A DNA stretch of 64,000 nucleotides, taken from assembly GCA_965202585.1 (NCBI GenBank), contig OZ241828.1, positions 32,860,001-32,924,000 on the forward strand, read 5' to 3'. Source of the stretch: Thalia democratica. Taxonomy: Eukaryota. How positions within the stretch are numbered: the stretch's first letter is position 1; the number at the start of each line of letters is the position of its first letter. Shown here piece by piece: positions 52,355-64,000 of this stretch. The notes beneath the pieces were generated by a model. It ran no database searches and was not told the DNA's origin. It saw nothing but the letters and a program-made list of their open reading frames with translations. The position numbers and the translations under genes were made by a program.

Positions 52355-53244
52355 TCAAAACACTTGGAATTGGATTATAGTTTTATATTTTTATTCTTAA
52401 ATTAAAACAAAATGTACAAAGCATATTAATAGTTTTGTAGTTTGTTTAAAGGAAAGTCTCTATCTTAGTTTTGAAACTATATGTTTTTACAAGCTCACTG
52501 AAAACACTGTATATAAAGATGCAAAAAAAAAATTTTATGAAATATAACAGTTGTATTTTTTCAAACTGCATCTAACTTTGATAAATTTAAGCAAGGAAGT
52601 TTTATTTCACTTCTTCATATGCTAAAGTACAATTCAAGTGTGAAACTGTATATATATATAAATATACATGTATATACATATACATGCACTACTGGTTTTA
52701 AAGTTAATGTTTACAGTCAATAACTTTCATAATGGGTCACTGATAAAAAGTCGTTACAGATAGTTATCATTGCAACTCTTAAATAATACTTTTCTTAAAA
52801 ATTAAGTTATCTTTAAAGCTTAATCACATGTTAAAATTTATGATTATGAATAGTAATTTCAAAAAATAGAAAAGCATTGATTTATTTGGATTTATATTAT
52901 ATCAAAAAGATTTTTTTGTGCACAATAAACATATTGAATGCACATAAAGCACACAACAGACACTATTTAAAAAATATTATAAAAGAAAATTGTCAAGTTA
53001 TATTCAAGGAGTTGTTAAAAAATGAATTCATTCTTGCTTTTTGCCTGAAAGTGATCTTCTTATGTGTCATTATGACTATAAAATATGTTTTGTTTTGTTA
53101 CTTAAATGCTAAAAGTTTATTTATAAATTTTTACTGTTTTTAAAGTTCTTATACTAGTATTTTTACTAATAAAACTATAAAATAGTTGTTAGTTTTAAAT
53201 TCATTAAAGATATAAAATTCACAGAAATCTAAAGTAATATAGAT

Positions 53245-56200
53245 ATGTCCACTGAGAAGGAAAAAACGAACACTGTTAGTTTTATCATATTTTATTATTT
53301 ACATTTATTTTCTATATTTTCTTCTTGTTTACAATTTAATGTTGCTTTTTTGTACAAACATATTATTTTTATTACAGGGAACTTTTAATATTTTATAATA
53401 ATAAGAAAGAAAATTATGCAATTTACAGGGTTGCCAAACATTAAAGCTAACTCAGAACAGTTAAAATACTTGAAAATGTTATGTTGACTTTAGATAACTC
53501 ATACCATTTTTTTTACTCAGGATGACTCAGGCCACTGTTTTAAACAACCTTTTAAAAGTTTGAAAAATTTTAATTCAATTTTTAATCTAGATCAGGGTTT
53601 CTGAAAATGAACCAAATGACCACTTGCGGATTACATTGAGCAAATGGCCACAGGGGGTCATAATTTAAAAATTACATTATATATTATGGAGTTAATTTCG
53701 AAGAGGAAAAACGTCTTACTTGTTTTTAATGAAAACTTTTTAAGAAACCTTGTGGTCTGGGGCCATAGCTTTATTCAATTATTTATAGAGGACCTTATGA
53801 TAAAAAAAATGTTTTGAAAACTATGCTCTTGATCTTGAACTAGATTCACTTGTTTAAGTTGTAATTTATTTATACTTTGTATCAAGTGTTTTTTTAAACT
53901 TGATTTTTATTACTAATGTTTATAATTTATTATTTATAATAAATTATTGTTTAAACTTTCTATACATTAATTATTATAAAAAATTAATGATGATTCCGTT
54001 AAGATTTTTACCTGAAACTTAAAAAGGTTGCAAAAAACCTGGCTTTTGACAATTTAGATGAAAAAAAAACTGATTTTTTTTTACTCTACTTTTTTTATCA
54101 CTAAAATAAACATTTAAGGAAGTTTACCTGGATAAAAATTTGAAAACCTGGAAAAAAATTTAAAGAAACAAGTGGCAACCCTGTTACATGTTAAGTAGGA
54201 AAGTTTTGATTTGAAATAAAAATTTATCATAAAGGTAATTATTTTTGACATCATCAAAATAGGTAAGTGTCAAATTTATACGAGCAGACAAAATTGCATG
54301 AAGACATTTTGCACGAGGGTACATTTTTGCACGAGTGAAAAAAAATGCATCAGTTGAATTTTTTATTAGATAATTTTTTAATTAATTTTTTTTTATAATA
54401 TATTTTTTTTTAATTTTATAAACATTTATTTTATTTTTACTATCACTGTTACCTCTAATCTTTACCTACGATTGGTAACTTATTTTATATTAGTTATTTT
54501 TTTTCTTTACTGTCACTGTTACCCGTAATCGATACCCTCAAAGGGTAGCTTTTTTATAATAAAATTTGTTGCTTTTTTTTTATTTTAATATTACTGTTAC
54601 CCCTAACCCTCTATCAATAGCATTATTTTTGTTGATTTACCTTTTAGTTTTTTCAATGTTTTTTTGCTCTTGTGCACAACTGATCCTCTGTGCAAAACAA
54701 CCACTTATTTTAAATTTGTGTCATGCAAAGTTGACTCTTCGTGCAAATTTGTCTTCGTGCAATTTAGATTCTTTCGCCATCAAGATGTTATTAAAGAATA
54801 CATTTTAAGTACTTTTACAGTAACTTTGCAATGATATTAACTTCTTAACTATAAACTTAACATGAAATAAAAAAAGACCCAAAATGTGTACTTTTAAAAA
54901 CCTGAAAATAATTCGAAAAACCTGTGAAAAACTTTTAAAAAACTAGTGGCTACCCAGAATTTTAAACAGTCTTTTTACTTAAAGCTTTATTTTATACTAA
55001 ATATGGACCAAAAAACTTTTTATTTTAAGACCTGAAAGAAATGTAAAATAAATTAACAAAAAAACCTTTAGCAACCCTGAAATTAGAACTACAACCTCAA
55101 GTTTATTGTCTTTTAACAAATATTCATAATGCACATAAATATGAAATACAGCAGTAGGTTTAAGCTAAACATCAAATTATTAAGAATTAAATATGGTTAA
55201 GTAAAATTATGTGTAATTTTTTACTTTTATAAGCAAAAAAATTTCAGTTTTATGACTAATTAAACTTGTAAGTCATAACAAAACCAAAGCTATAAAACTT
55301 CTTAGTAAACTCGAACTTTGAAGTATAGATTTTATTTGCATTTACATAATTTCTAAAATAGGTCCAAGTATGCACAAAGGGTCATATTTTCAAAAAGGCC
55401 TTTTTGCACGAACAGTCATTTTTGTAAAAAGTTAATTTTTTTATAAAATTTTTCATTAAATCTTTTTACTATCACTGTGACCTCTCACCCTTGGTTAGTG
55501 GTTATTTTTTCTTATTATTATTTTTAATTTTTTGTTTAAAGTTAATTTTCTGTCATGGAAATTTAACCAACGGTGCAATAATGTCATTGTGCATATTGAC
55601 GTATCCCCTATTTTCACACCCAACAAACAATTAAAAAAAATGTTTTTACTATTGAGTTACTACTAGTACATATTTTTTTTTTCTAGAAAAAAAAAAACTT
55701 TAACTTTAGAAAAAGAACTAACTTTTAAAATCTTGTTGAAATAATGTTAATTACAAGAAAGGAACTACATAATTGTAAAACTAATACAATTTATTGTTTA
55801 CTAATTAAATCGGAGTTATATATTCACAATATTATTCTGCACTAAACGAACATTTACTACACAGTGGACTGTTTATAAGAAATGACTGTTTTAATGTCTA
55901 GCAGGTGTAGCAAAGTATTAAAATAATTGATAAAACTTATTTATTATTTACAATATAAAAAAATTGAAGTCAGTTATGTAGAAGAATAGTTATTTGTTTA
56001 AATGAAATATTTTCTTAAACTATTGGTTAAATTCAAGACAAAATTAATACTTTAAAAATCTAATCAAAAACAGCTACACAAAAATAGCCATTTTTCCTTC
56101 TTGATCTGTTATATATACATTTTATTAAAAAACACATCAAAAGTAGCCTTTAAATTTTGTTATACTTAATACAGTTAATCATAGGGTTGCCACTCGGTCA

Positions 56201-59200
56201 GGAAATCAGGAAAAATTTTTAAAAATGACAAAAGTCAAGAAAAGTCAGGAAAAAATGGGGGGTTTTGAAAAAAAGTCAGGAAAAGTCAGGAAATTTGATA
56301 AAATTAAAAAAAAGCGAGTTTAAATTTACAAAATTCCTTGTTTTCCAAAGCCTTCAAATGGTAAAAATTAATAAAAAGTCCTTTAAAGTCAGAAAAAAAT
56401 TACAAAATTTTCCTAGAAATTTACAAAAATATTTATTTTTATTTCCAATGCCTTCACCTGGTATAATCTAGTAAAATATCCTTTATAAATCTGCAAAAAT
56501 TTTCTATTAACTTATTGAACAAGTACCCTACTTGAACAAGCAGATTTTTTAAGCTTTTTAGTATTGATGATCTGTAGCAAGGACATTTCCATAGTGAAAC
56601 AGTGATATATACACAAAAGTTTATCAAGCATAATTTTAGAATCAAAGTGTTTTTTGTTTAAATAATTGAGTTCTTTATAACTAAGCAGTTAGTTTAGTAT
56701 TTTATGTAACAAGTTAATATGTATACTTTACCTCTTTATAATTATTTCAAAGTTATTTAAATTTATAAATTAAGTTATAAGAGAGGTATACGCCAAGATT
56801 AAATTTACTTATTATGTGTATTTTTTGTAGAGTAACTTAAGTTTTTAAAGTAAATAAGATTATACTTATTTGTTACAAATTTTATACTAAATGATAAGAG
56901 GAAATATTTTATACAACAGATATATAGTTTATAGCGAAAGATGTTTACATGATTTTATCTGCGAATTAATTGCTAATAACAATTTTTTTTTTGATTTAAA
57001 CGGTTTATTGAGCAATGCTTTTAAAATTTAACTAATTTCCTTGTCAAAATAAATACTCACAAAAATTAATTAATCAAACAAAATACGAGTAAACTAAAGA
57101 AGCAATCAATATAAAACTAATCAGACTAATCATAAAAACTAAAATAGATAATTAGAACATAAATTGACTATTTAAAAATGTTAAGTGTAATTCTAGATCC
57201 TTTATCAGGACCTAGTTGGTGGTTAAGTTTAGGTTTAATTTTTTTATCATAATAGCCTTTACTGCAAGTAAAACATTTCTATTTTTACAAAATTTAATTA
57301 CCTCAAAACAATTAAAAATATCATTATGATTCTGACAGATTCTACATTGTTCTATATGTGAAAAAACTGCACTATTTGTAGGTGTTGTATGTTCTTTAAT
57401 TCTGACGAACAGTTGTCGCTCCGTTTTTCCAATATATTGTGTATCCAGGTCACCTGGACATTGAAACTTATAAACGATGCAATTTCTGTAGAGTTTGTTG
57501 ATCCTTTCTTCAATGAAAAATAGTTTCCAACTTTAGATGTTCTGAAAGCTACTTTGATATTAAATCCAATTGTTTCCAAATTTTTTGTTATATTTCTGCT
57601 CAATTTTTCTGAAACCTTTTTTATATAAGGAACTGTTAAATACTGTTGTTTAGGAATTTGTGGCTTATCTTCTAATTTTTGAAGTTTTTCTATTTCATTG
57701 TTTATGAAATTAATCGGATAACCGTTTCTCAAAAGAAGATTCTTTATTCAATTTGTTTCTAGGTTCTGTAGTTCTGCTGACACTAATCTTTTGTTTCTGA
57801 TGAACAATTGTCTAATCAAGTTTTTCTTCCATGATTGCGGGTACAAAGGCGAACATTAAATAGAACATCTGTGTTTGATAGTTTCTTGTAAATTGAGGTA
57901 GTAAATCTGTTCTCTTCCAGCTTAACACTTATGTCAAAAAAAGTAACTTTATTTGATATACATGTTTCCATTGTGAAAACAAGATCTTGATGTAGAGTAC
58001 TTAATTTTTGATTAAATTTATTTGCTATTTCTTCATTTGAGAAGATAGTAAAAATGTCGTCCACATATCTCGTGTACATTTTAGGTTGCATTTCATTTAG
58101 AAGACCTGTTTCTAATTTGCTAACGAATCAATTGGCCAAAAGGGGGGCCAATGGCGATCCTATAGATAGTCCATCTATTTGTTTGAATACTTGATTATTA
58201 AAACAGAAGATGCTCTGTGAGCAAGTTTTCAGTATTTTCTTGAATACCTTTTTTCTTATTTTTTGTTTTGTGAATACTGAAACATTTTCTTTTTAGTATT
58301 CATCGTTTGCTACCATGTTTATCGTTTCCTCTAATGGATCACATGTGTATGTCTAAGTAAAATCAACTTTTCTAAATCAGTAAATTCTAAATCAGTATTT
58401 TCTAAATCAGTTTTCTAAATCAGTTTTACTTATATAAATTGTTCACTTAGTTTAATAAAATACTAATAATATTAAATAGTTTGGGTAGTATTTTATTAAA
58501 ATAAGTGAACACTTATATAAGTAAAACTGATTTAGAAAAGTCAGGAAAAATTTGGTAAAAAGTCAGGAAAAGTCAAGAAATTTTTCTCAGCTTGATGAGT
58601 GGCAACCATGTAATCACCATTAACTTAACTTAACACTAAAAATATATCACATTTATTCTTTTAAAAACATTAAAGTATTTAAGAAAACCTGGAAAAAAAT
58701 CTCAAAAAACAGTAGCATACCTGTAAATATTGACTTAAAACTTTATTTTAAATTTTTTTAATTACTTTTGAAATTTGCAGAGTTAAAGTTTAATTACCGA
58801 ATATACTATTTATTTTGTAAATTAAGCATCATGATAGCAATTATTACTTTACATATTCTGAGACTTAATTAGTATCTGAAATTTTATATAAGCAATTGTT
58901 TTCAAACAAAAAATATTTGTTTTTAATTGGTTTTAACTTGTTTATAAAGAGTTTCTTTTATTTATCTATATGAATTTAATAAAAAAATTCAAGTTATGAT
59001 CCTATGATCCCTTTGGATGAATTTTTAAGTTCAGTTAAAATAAATTTTGTACGTTTATTTTCTTAAAACGTATTATGTTGAGAACTGTAAATATTTAGTT
59101 TAAAACTAGAATTTTAAAAATATCATTAGGAAGAAAATGAAGGAAAATCTGAATATCACATATTGACTGTCCGTTTAATTGACTTTTTTGTAAGTTTGTT

Positions 59201-62200
59201 TTTTATTTTGTTACTTAAACTTTTGTAGATGGTCTACTAAGTTAAGTCTTTTATTTGGTCTAAATGTTTATTTAAATTTAATAACGTAAAAAATATTTGA
59301 CTTAACCAACACCTTTTTATTTTAACAAATATAATGTTTGAAGTATGTTGTATTTGTGACTAGCAAGTAGTTACGTTTTACTGTTTTTTTAGCCTAGTTT
59401 GAGCATTAAGCTTTTGTTTTAATAACTATTTACGTTTCTTAAAAAGTGCCGCTTATAGTGTAATTTTAATGTTTTACGAGCAATAACAAGTAAAAAATTT
59501 AAATTTTAATTAGGACTTTAGGGTGCTTATAAATGCAGCAACTTTTGAGTTTTCAGCTGGAAAAGTTTTAACATTTTAAAAATATCACAATAACACAATG
59601 TGCAAAATTTTAGTTGATTTGTATGAATTTTCACATTGGTGTATTTCGATTTATTTTTAAAACTACCCCCATGCAAACTGTATAGGATCAATAAAACTTT
59701 TGAACTTTTAGCTAAGATTTGTTTACATATGGCAGTTCATCACATAAACATATTTTGCATAATTTAAGACCACTTAAAAAATGTTTTATGATGGTAGTTC
59801 TTGACTTTTTGAAGAAAAACTTAAAAATTAAGAAAACTTGCACAGAAATAATAATAACTAAAGCAATTATTATATCAACTAATCTTTATTTAAGTTGTTA
59901 AAATTGTGCATACTATTTCAAGTTCTTTAGAATGTATTGAAAAAATAAATTGCCACAATTAAAAACAACCTAGCTAAAAACTCTAAGGTTGAACTTTTTT
60001 GGTTGCATACAGTTTCCAGTAAATAAAATTTTGCTAAGGTAAAAAAAATCTTTAAATCATTTAAAAGTTTACACAAGGTGTTTTTGTAAAATTTCTAAAC
60101 ATTATTTTTCCAGCCGGAAACTTCAAAAGTTACTATATTTAAAAGCAACCTATCGGGCAGTCATATAATTTTTACTTTTAAGCTTGCTATTTAAAAAAAA
60201 TCTTTCTTTTAATACTTGATCCCGATGTATAATGTAATCTAGGTTTGCTCAAAAAAGACCACAAACTGAATTTTTTATCAAAACATTGTAGTAGTACTAA
60301 ATAGAATATGAGAAATATTTAATAATAAGAGGAAATTTGTTCTTAATTTCTGTTAAGAAAGAGGTTATTAATAAAGTTTTAGAAAACTTATGTTAAATAC
60401 ATAAAAAATAGTATTAGAACTAAATTAAATTAACACTTTGATTTTTATAATCATGTTTAGAACATTATTTTCTTATGTGTGCAAATATATTTAATCAAGT
60501 TTACCAGTGTAAAACAGTAAATTATATTGTATATTAATAAAATAAATAATTATTTTGTCATATTGTTCTTTATTATGTTAATAACAGGATTGCTAAAAAT
60601 AAAAAATCCTGGAAAGCCTTGAATTTGAAAATTTTTGCGAAATAGCCTTGAATTTAAAAAGTTGATTTTTTTTTTTTTTAATTTTTAATTTTCAAAAAAA
60701 GACTAAAAAGCCTAAATTTAAAAAAAAAAATTAACAAAATTTCGCTTAGATTAAAAAATCTATCAAATAAAGTTTTTTTGTATAGTTTTTTAATCAAAAA
60801 ACACGTTTAAAGCAATTTTACAACATCATTTCAATCTTGTAATGCTAAAACCTTAAAACCTTAAAAAATAATAATATCTTCAGGGGTTGCCACACATTCA
60901 GGGATGTCAGGAAATTTTCAAATTATAGAAAACCAGACAATTTTGACTCTTTTTTTTAAACTCAGGGAAACTCAAGGCAGTTTTAATTATTTCTTAAAAT
61001 TCATGGGAAGTTTAAAGATTTTTAATCTAGAATGAAATTTAATTAATCTAGCTTCACTATTTTAGGTAAAAATGTTAATTTTTTTTTCAAGTGCGTATTT
61101 AAAATTTTTAGCCTTGCGGCTAGTTTTTCAATATAATTAGATTAACATTGTAATTTTTTTTTTAATTTGAAATTTTTAAGGACTTAAAATAAACTCAGGG
61201 AAATTTAAAGATACTCAGGGAAGTTTCTGGTCACTTAGGGAAGAATTTTAGACTTAAATAGTGGAAACCCTGTATCTTTCCGCAACCATGTTGTTAAAAA
61301 TGATGACTGATTAACATAAAACATTGCTTTGAATATTTTTCTAGGACGAATCTTACTTGAAGTTTAAAGTGAAACCACATCAACGTCTTGCTAAAGTGAT
61401 GCAAAAGTATTTTGAATTAAAGGTGATATTTTAGTTTAATATACTATTTAAGTAAAAATATCAAAGAGAGCATGAAGAATATAAATTAATCAGGGCTGCC
61501 ACTTTACCTGGAAACCTGGAAAAATCTTGAAAAACCTGGAATTCAACAATTTAGGCAAAAATAACCTGGGAAAACCTGGAATTTGAGAAATTTTGAAAAA
61601 AAACCTGGAAAAACCTGGAATTTTAGTCAAAAAACCTGGAATTTTTAATAATTTTAACATTTTCAGTACTAAAATCCCTATTTTACACAAAAAATCTATC
61701 ATATAAATAAGATTTTTTTGTCATCATCAAAAATTTTTTATAACGAAGAATATTTAAAGTTACTTAACAGCATCTTTTAAATGTTTTTGTACTATTTAAC
61801 ACAGTTTCTTTTATAGAAATTAACTTTAAACTTAAAATAGACCCAAAAATGTTTACTTTTAAAAACCTGGAAGAAATTTGGAAAACCTGCAAACATTTTT
61901 GAAAAAACGAGTGGCAACCTTGATTAATCTTTTTATGTATTTTTTATTTAATTATTTATTATCAAAACTGTTTTTTAAAATAAAAGGTCGGCTTTTATTC
62001 TGCGTTATCAGAAAATAATCAGACAGCTAAAAATGTTTAAAGATTACATAAAAAAGTTGTCTCATTTCTATAAAAAATACTCTGAGAAACCGATCATTTG
62101 TTTAATAAACCAATTTAAATTCTGACTAAAAATAAATACTTAAAGAAAAAAACATTGTTAGTTTATTTATGTTAAAAAAGTATTTTTATTTCAGGATCTA

Positions 62201-63695
62201 CAAATTATACAAAGACATATGTGTTTCATGTATGATGGACAACGTATTTATGATGATAGTACTCCAACAAAGGTAAAATTTATTTATATATTAATTACTT
62301 TTATGCAAAAAAAGGAGTTGGGAGTAAAACTCATTTACTAGTAATCTTGTAAAATTCTCAAAATGGTATAATTTGAATGTTTTTGGCTTATTCATGCTGA
62401 TTAAAAAGTGTCTTAAACACTAAAATTTTTCATAAACAAAATCGACTTTAAAAAATGTTTTTTTTTAATTTAAATAAAAAAAAGTCACTTAGGCATGTCT
62501 CAAACATAAAATTTACACAATAGATAAAATATTGTGCGTCAAGGCATACATTTAAAGACTTTTAAACGGCTTTGATATATTATGACGTCATAATAACGTA
62601 AAATTTTGCAAGTTTTGTCTTTAAAGTTTTTCTTTTTGGTAAAAAGCTTAGTTGGTTGTTAAATCTAAATTTTTATCGCTATTGCGAAATAAAACTGTTT
62701 AGTTATATTTACTTACTTTTGGGAATTAAGTGATGTGGTATGTATATTAATGAGATATTTGATATAATAATTCATTTAGATATGTATAAAAATATGGAAT
62801 ATTTATTCAACCTACAACATAACGAAATAAGGAAATTTAAAAACTCATAACTTTTATCCATAAGATTAAACTGTATCTATGGTTTCTACACGATGAGAAA
62901 TTAGAATAGTTTGAAATTATTGAACTTACGGTAGTTTAAATAATTCATAAAAAAACGTTAGCTAGTTTAATGATCTCTAAAAAACTTATGCTGTTTCTTT
63001 TTCTAGGTTATCAACGAGACTTAGTTGATTAAGTTTCAATTGTTGTTTAAGAACTTAGATTTTATTATTATTTTTTGTTTTTTTTGAGAATTAAAAAAAT
63101 TATTGATGACTAGGATAAGTTAAATTCACTCAGCACGGCTTTTATCTCTCATGATAGTTTTTTTTTGACTCTAATCATAGCAGTCTTTTGTATAGTAATA
63201 AGCATTAAGTTTATGATTCCAAAATAAAAACTAGATTACAGAAATAAAAACATTGCAAAATAAAAACGCATAATATTGTTAAGTATTAACTGTATTGCGA
63301 AATGACTAATAATTTGTTTAAAAATCTCTTTAAAAATACTTAGACTTGATAAAATCTAACGTTATATAAATTTCAAATAATAAAATAAAAACGGCAACCA
63401 TAATGGTATAATGGAAAATTTAAAGTATTCATATTTAAGAAACGTGTTATGTAAAACAATTTTTTTAAGTTTGAAATATCTTGAAAAAATTACGTAAAAT
63501 GTTATAAAAGTGAAGTTTAAAAATTTAATTTAACACTTGATACAGCTCAAAATGGAAAAAGAAGCAGACATTGATGCGTACTTTCATCAGCCTTTGCCTC
63601 ACATAATGACTGAGAATGATTATAGATACTATTGCAATAGATTCGGGTTAGATCCCGCTACAGGAAGAAAATTCGTAACTTATTTTGAAATGTAA
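53245..63695 (+). CDS. Divergent SUMO-like protein lacking the C-terminal di-glycine, join(53245-53274,59130-59189,61345-61422,62195-62272,63546-63695), 131 aa
   Basis: All introns are GT-AG and phase 0. Protein: MSTEKEKTNT/EENEGKSEYHILTVRLIDFF/DESYLKFKVKPHQRLAKVMQKYFELK/DLQIIQRHMCFMYDGQRIYDDSTPTK/LKMEKEADIDAYFHQPLPHIMTENDYRYYCNRFGLDPATGRKFVTYFEM*. It has the SUMO motifs FKVK, F.YDGQRI...TP..L.ME...ID, and exon junctions coincide with those recalled for human SUMO1. Exons 2-5 are strong; exon 1 is less certain. Confidence 0.85.
53426..55080. mobile_element. Cluster of CAGGGTT(G/T)CC-type MITE remnants
   Basis: Left ends at 53426 (CAGGGTTGCCA) and 53593 (CAGGGTTTCT, paired with AGAAACCTTG ending 53752). 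Right ends at 54183 (GTGGCAACCCTG), ~54957 and ~55079. Confidence 0.65.
54262..54778. mobile_element. Foldback/MITE with modular TIRs (AAATTGCACGA units)
   Basis: Left 'ttttgcacgag' repeats and right 'tcgtgcaa(a)ttt' repeats, with internal 'ctgttacc(c/t)ctaa' repeats. Confidence 0.8.
55361..55608. mobile_element. Short copy of the same modular-TIR MITE family
   Basis: TA|GGTCCAAGTATGCACAA ... TTGTGCATATTGACGTATCCCC|TA. Confidence 0.7.
56983..58355 (-). mobile_element. 5'-truncated Penelope-like retroelement (RT C-terminal half plus GIY-YIG)
   Basis: YT..PLEETI, KQIDGLSIGSPLAPLLAN, RYVDDIF, RNGYP, YLTVPYI, then after a frameshift CIVYKFQCPGDLDTQYIGKTERQLFVRIKEH. Coding ends at ~57168, with a few stops and frameshifts. 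Confidence 0.95.
58366..58540. repeat. Hairpin (55-bp arms, 20-nt spacer) preceded by four tandem TTCTAAATCAG units
   Basis: 58411-58465 is the near-perfect reverse complement of 58486-58539. Confidence 0.9.
60881..61272. mobile_element. hAT-like MITE with 6-bp TSD
   Basis: TATCTT|CAGGGGTTGCCAC ... GTGGAAACCCTG|TATCTT, with TCAGGGAA subterminal repeats. Confidence 0.9.
61491..61922. mobile_element. hAT-like MITE with 6-bp TSD
   Basis: ATTAAT|CAGGGCTGCCAC ... GTGGCAACCTTG|ATTAAT, with AAACCTGG subterminal repeats. Confidence 0.9.
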
Positions 63696-64000
63696 AATGA
63701 CTTAAACTAATTTGAAATTTTAAAAAGTTTAACAACTCAAACTGTCTCAGATTTTTTTCTTTTTTTGGATGTTTTTAGTAATTAAATACTTTAGTTGAAC
63801 TAGTTTGAATAATTTTTGTTTTTTCATTTGTATTTTGATTGATTTCGATTTGTTTCAATGTTTTACAAATTTTCATTTAAAACTCATTTGAAACCGCTGA
63901 TACTTTTAAAGGTTAAAAATGTTTAAGTAGTAATAAATTTTAAGATAATAAAAACAATATATCTTAGTTTTGTCTATCGACTAAAACAGTTTACTTTAAA

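Larger units (their letters stand above)
56182..58610. mobile_element. hAT-like MITE with 6-bp TSD, expanded by a nested PLE
   Basis: TAATCA|TAGGGTTGCCAC ... GTGGCAACCATG|TAATCA, with GTCAGGAAA subterminal repeats at both ends. Confidence 0.85.

Noticed and set aside
54598-54612. Telomere-like CCCTAACCCT
   Set aside because: Under two units and internal to a MITE, so not an interstitial telomere array.
56560-56605. TTGATGA...GAAAC hammerhead-like string
   Set aside because: C3 is missing, stems pair poorly, and it is on the strand opposite the neighbouring PLE.
62578-62595. Palindrome TTATGACGTCATAA (CRE-like; similar at ~18903)
   Set aside because: A single short motif in an intron or intergenic DNA with no supporting promoter evidence.
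1-64000. Remaining 60-136 aa ORFs in the track; rRNA, tRNA and CRISPR arrays
   Set aside because: The short ORFs are F/L/K/I-rich products of AT-rich repeats or antisense shadows. No tRNA cloverleaf, rRNA signature or repeat-spacer array was seen.

Overview
Very AT-rich (roughly 75-80% A+T by eye) intron-containing animal genomic DNA using the standard genetic code. The species cannot be fixed from the sequence, but the transposon content suggests an invertebrate. Four host gene models are supportable. (1) A minus-strand divergent BTB-BACK-Kelch gene whose main exon is 5576-7168. (2) A plus-strand two-exon BTB-BACK-Kelch gene, join(38824-39136,39668-41199), 614 aa, starting MGNTNS. (3) A minus-strand orphan gene built from tiny exons (47280-48518, 5' end not found). 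(4) A plus-strand five-exon SUMO-like gene (53245-63695) missed by the ORF track, which keeps the SUMO1 intron positions but lacks the C-terminal di-glycine and carries a ~35-aa tail. The rest is a dense transposon landscape: at least five Penelope-like element (PLE) remnants of two types; four type-I hammerhead ribozyme copies around one PLE locus; several CAGGGTTGCCAC-ended MITE families, three copies with perfect 6-bp target duplications; classical 8-bp-TSD hAT, pogo/Tc1, Kolobok-like and foldback elements; a G-rich minisatellite; a 190-bp tandem repeat; and a decayed, partly duplicated coiled-coil-like coding region at about 22.4-28.1 kb. No rRNA, tRNA or CRISPR array was recognised. All coordinates, translations and identities were read by hand.
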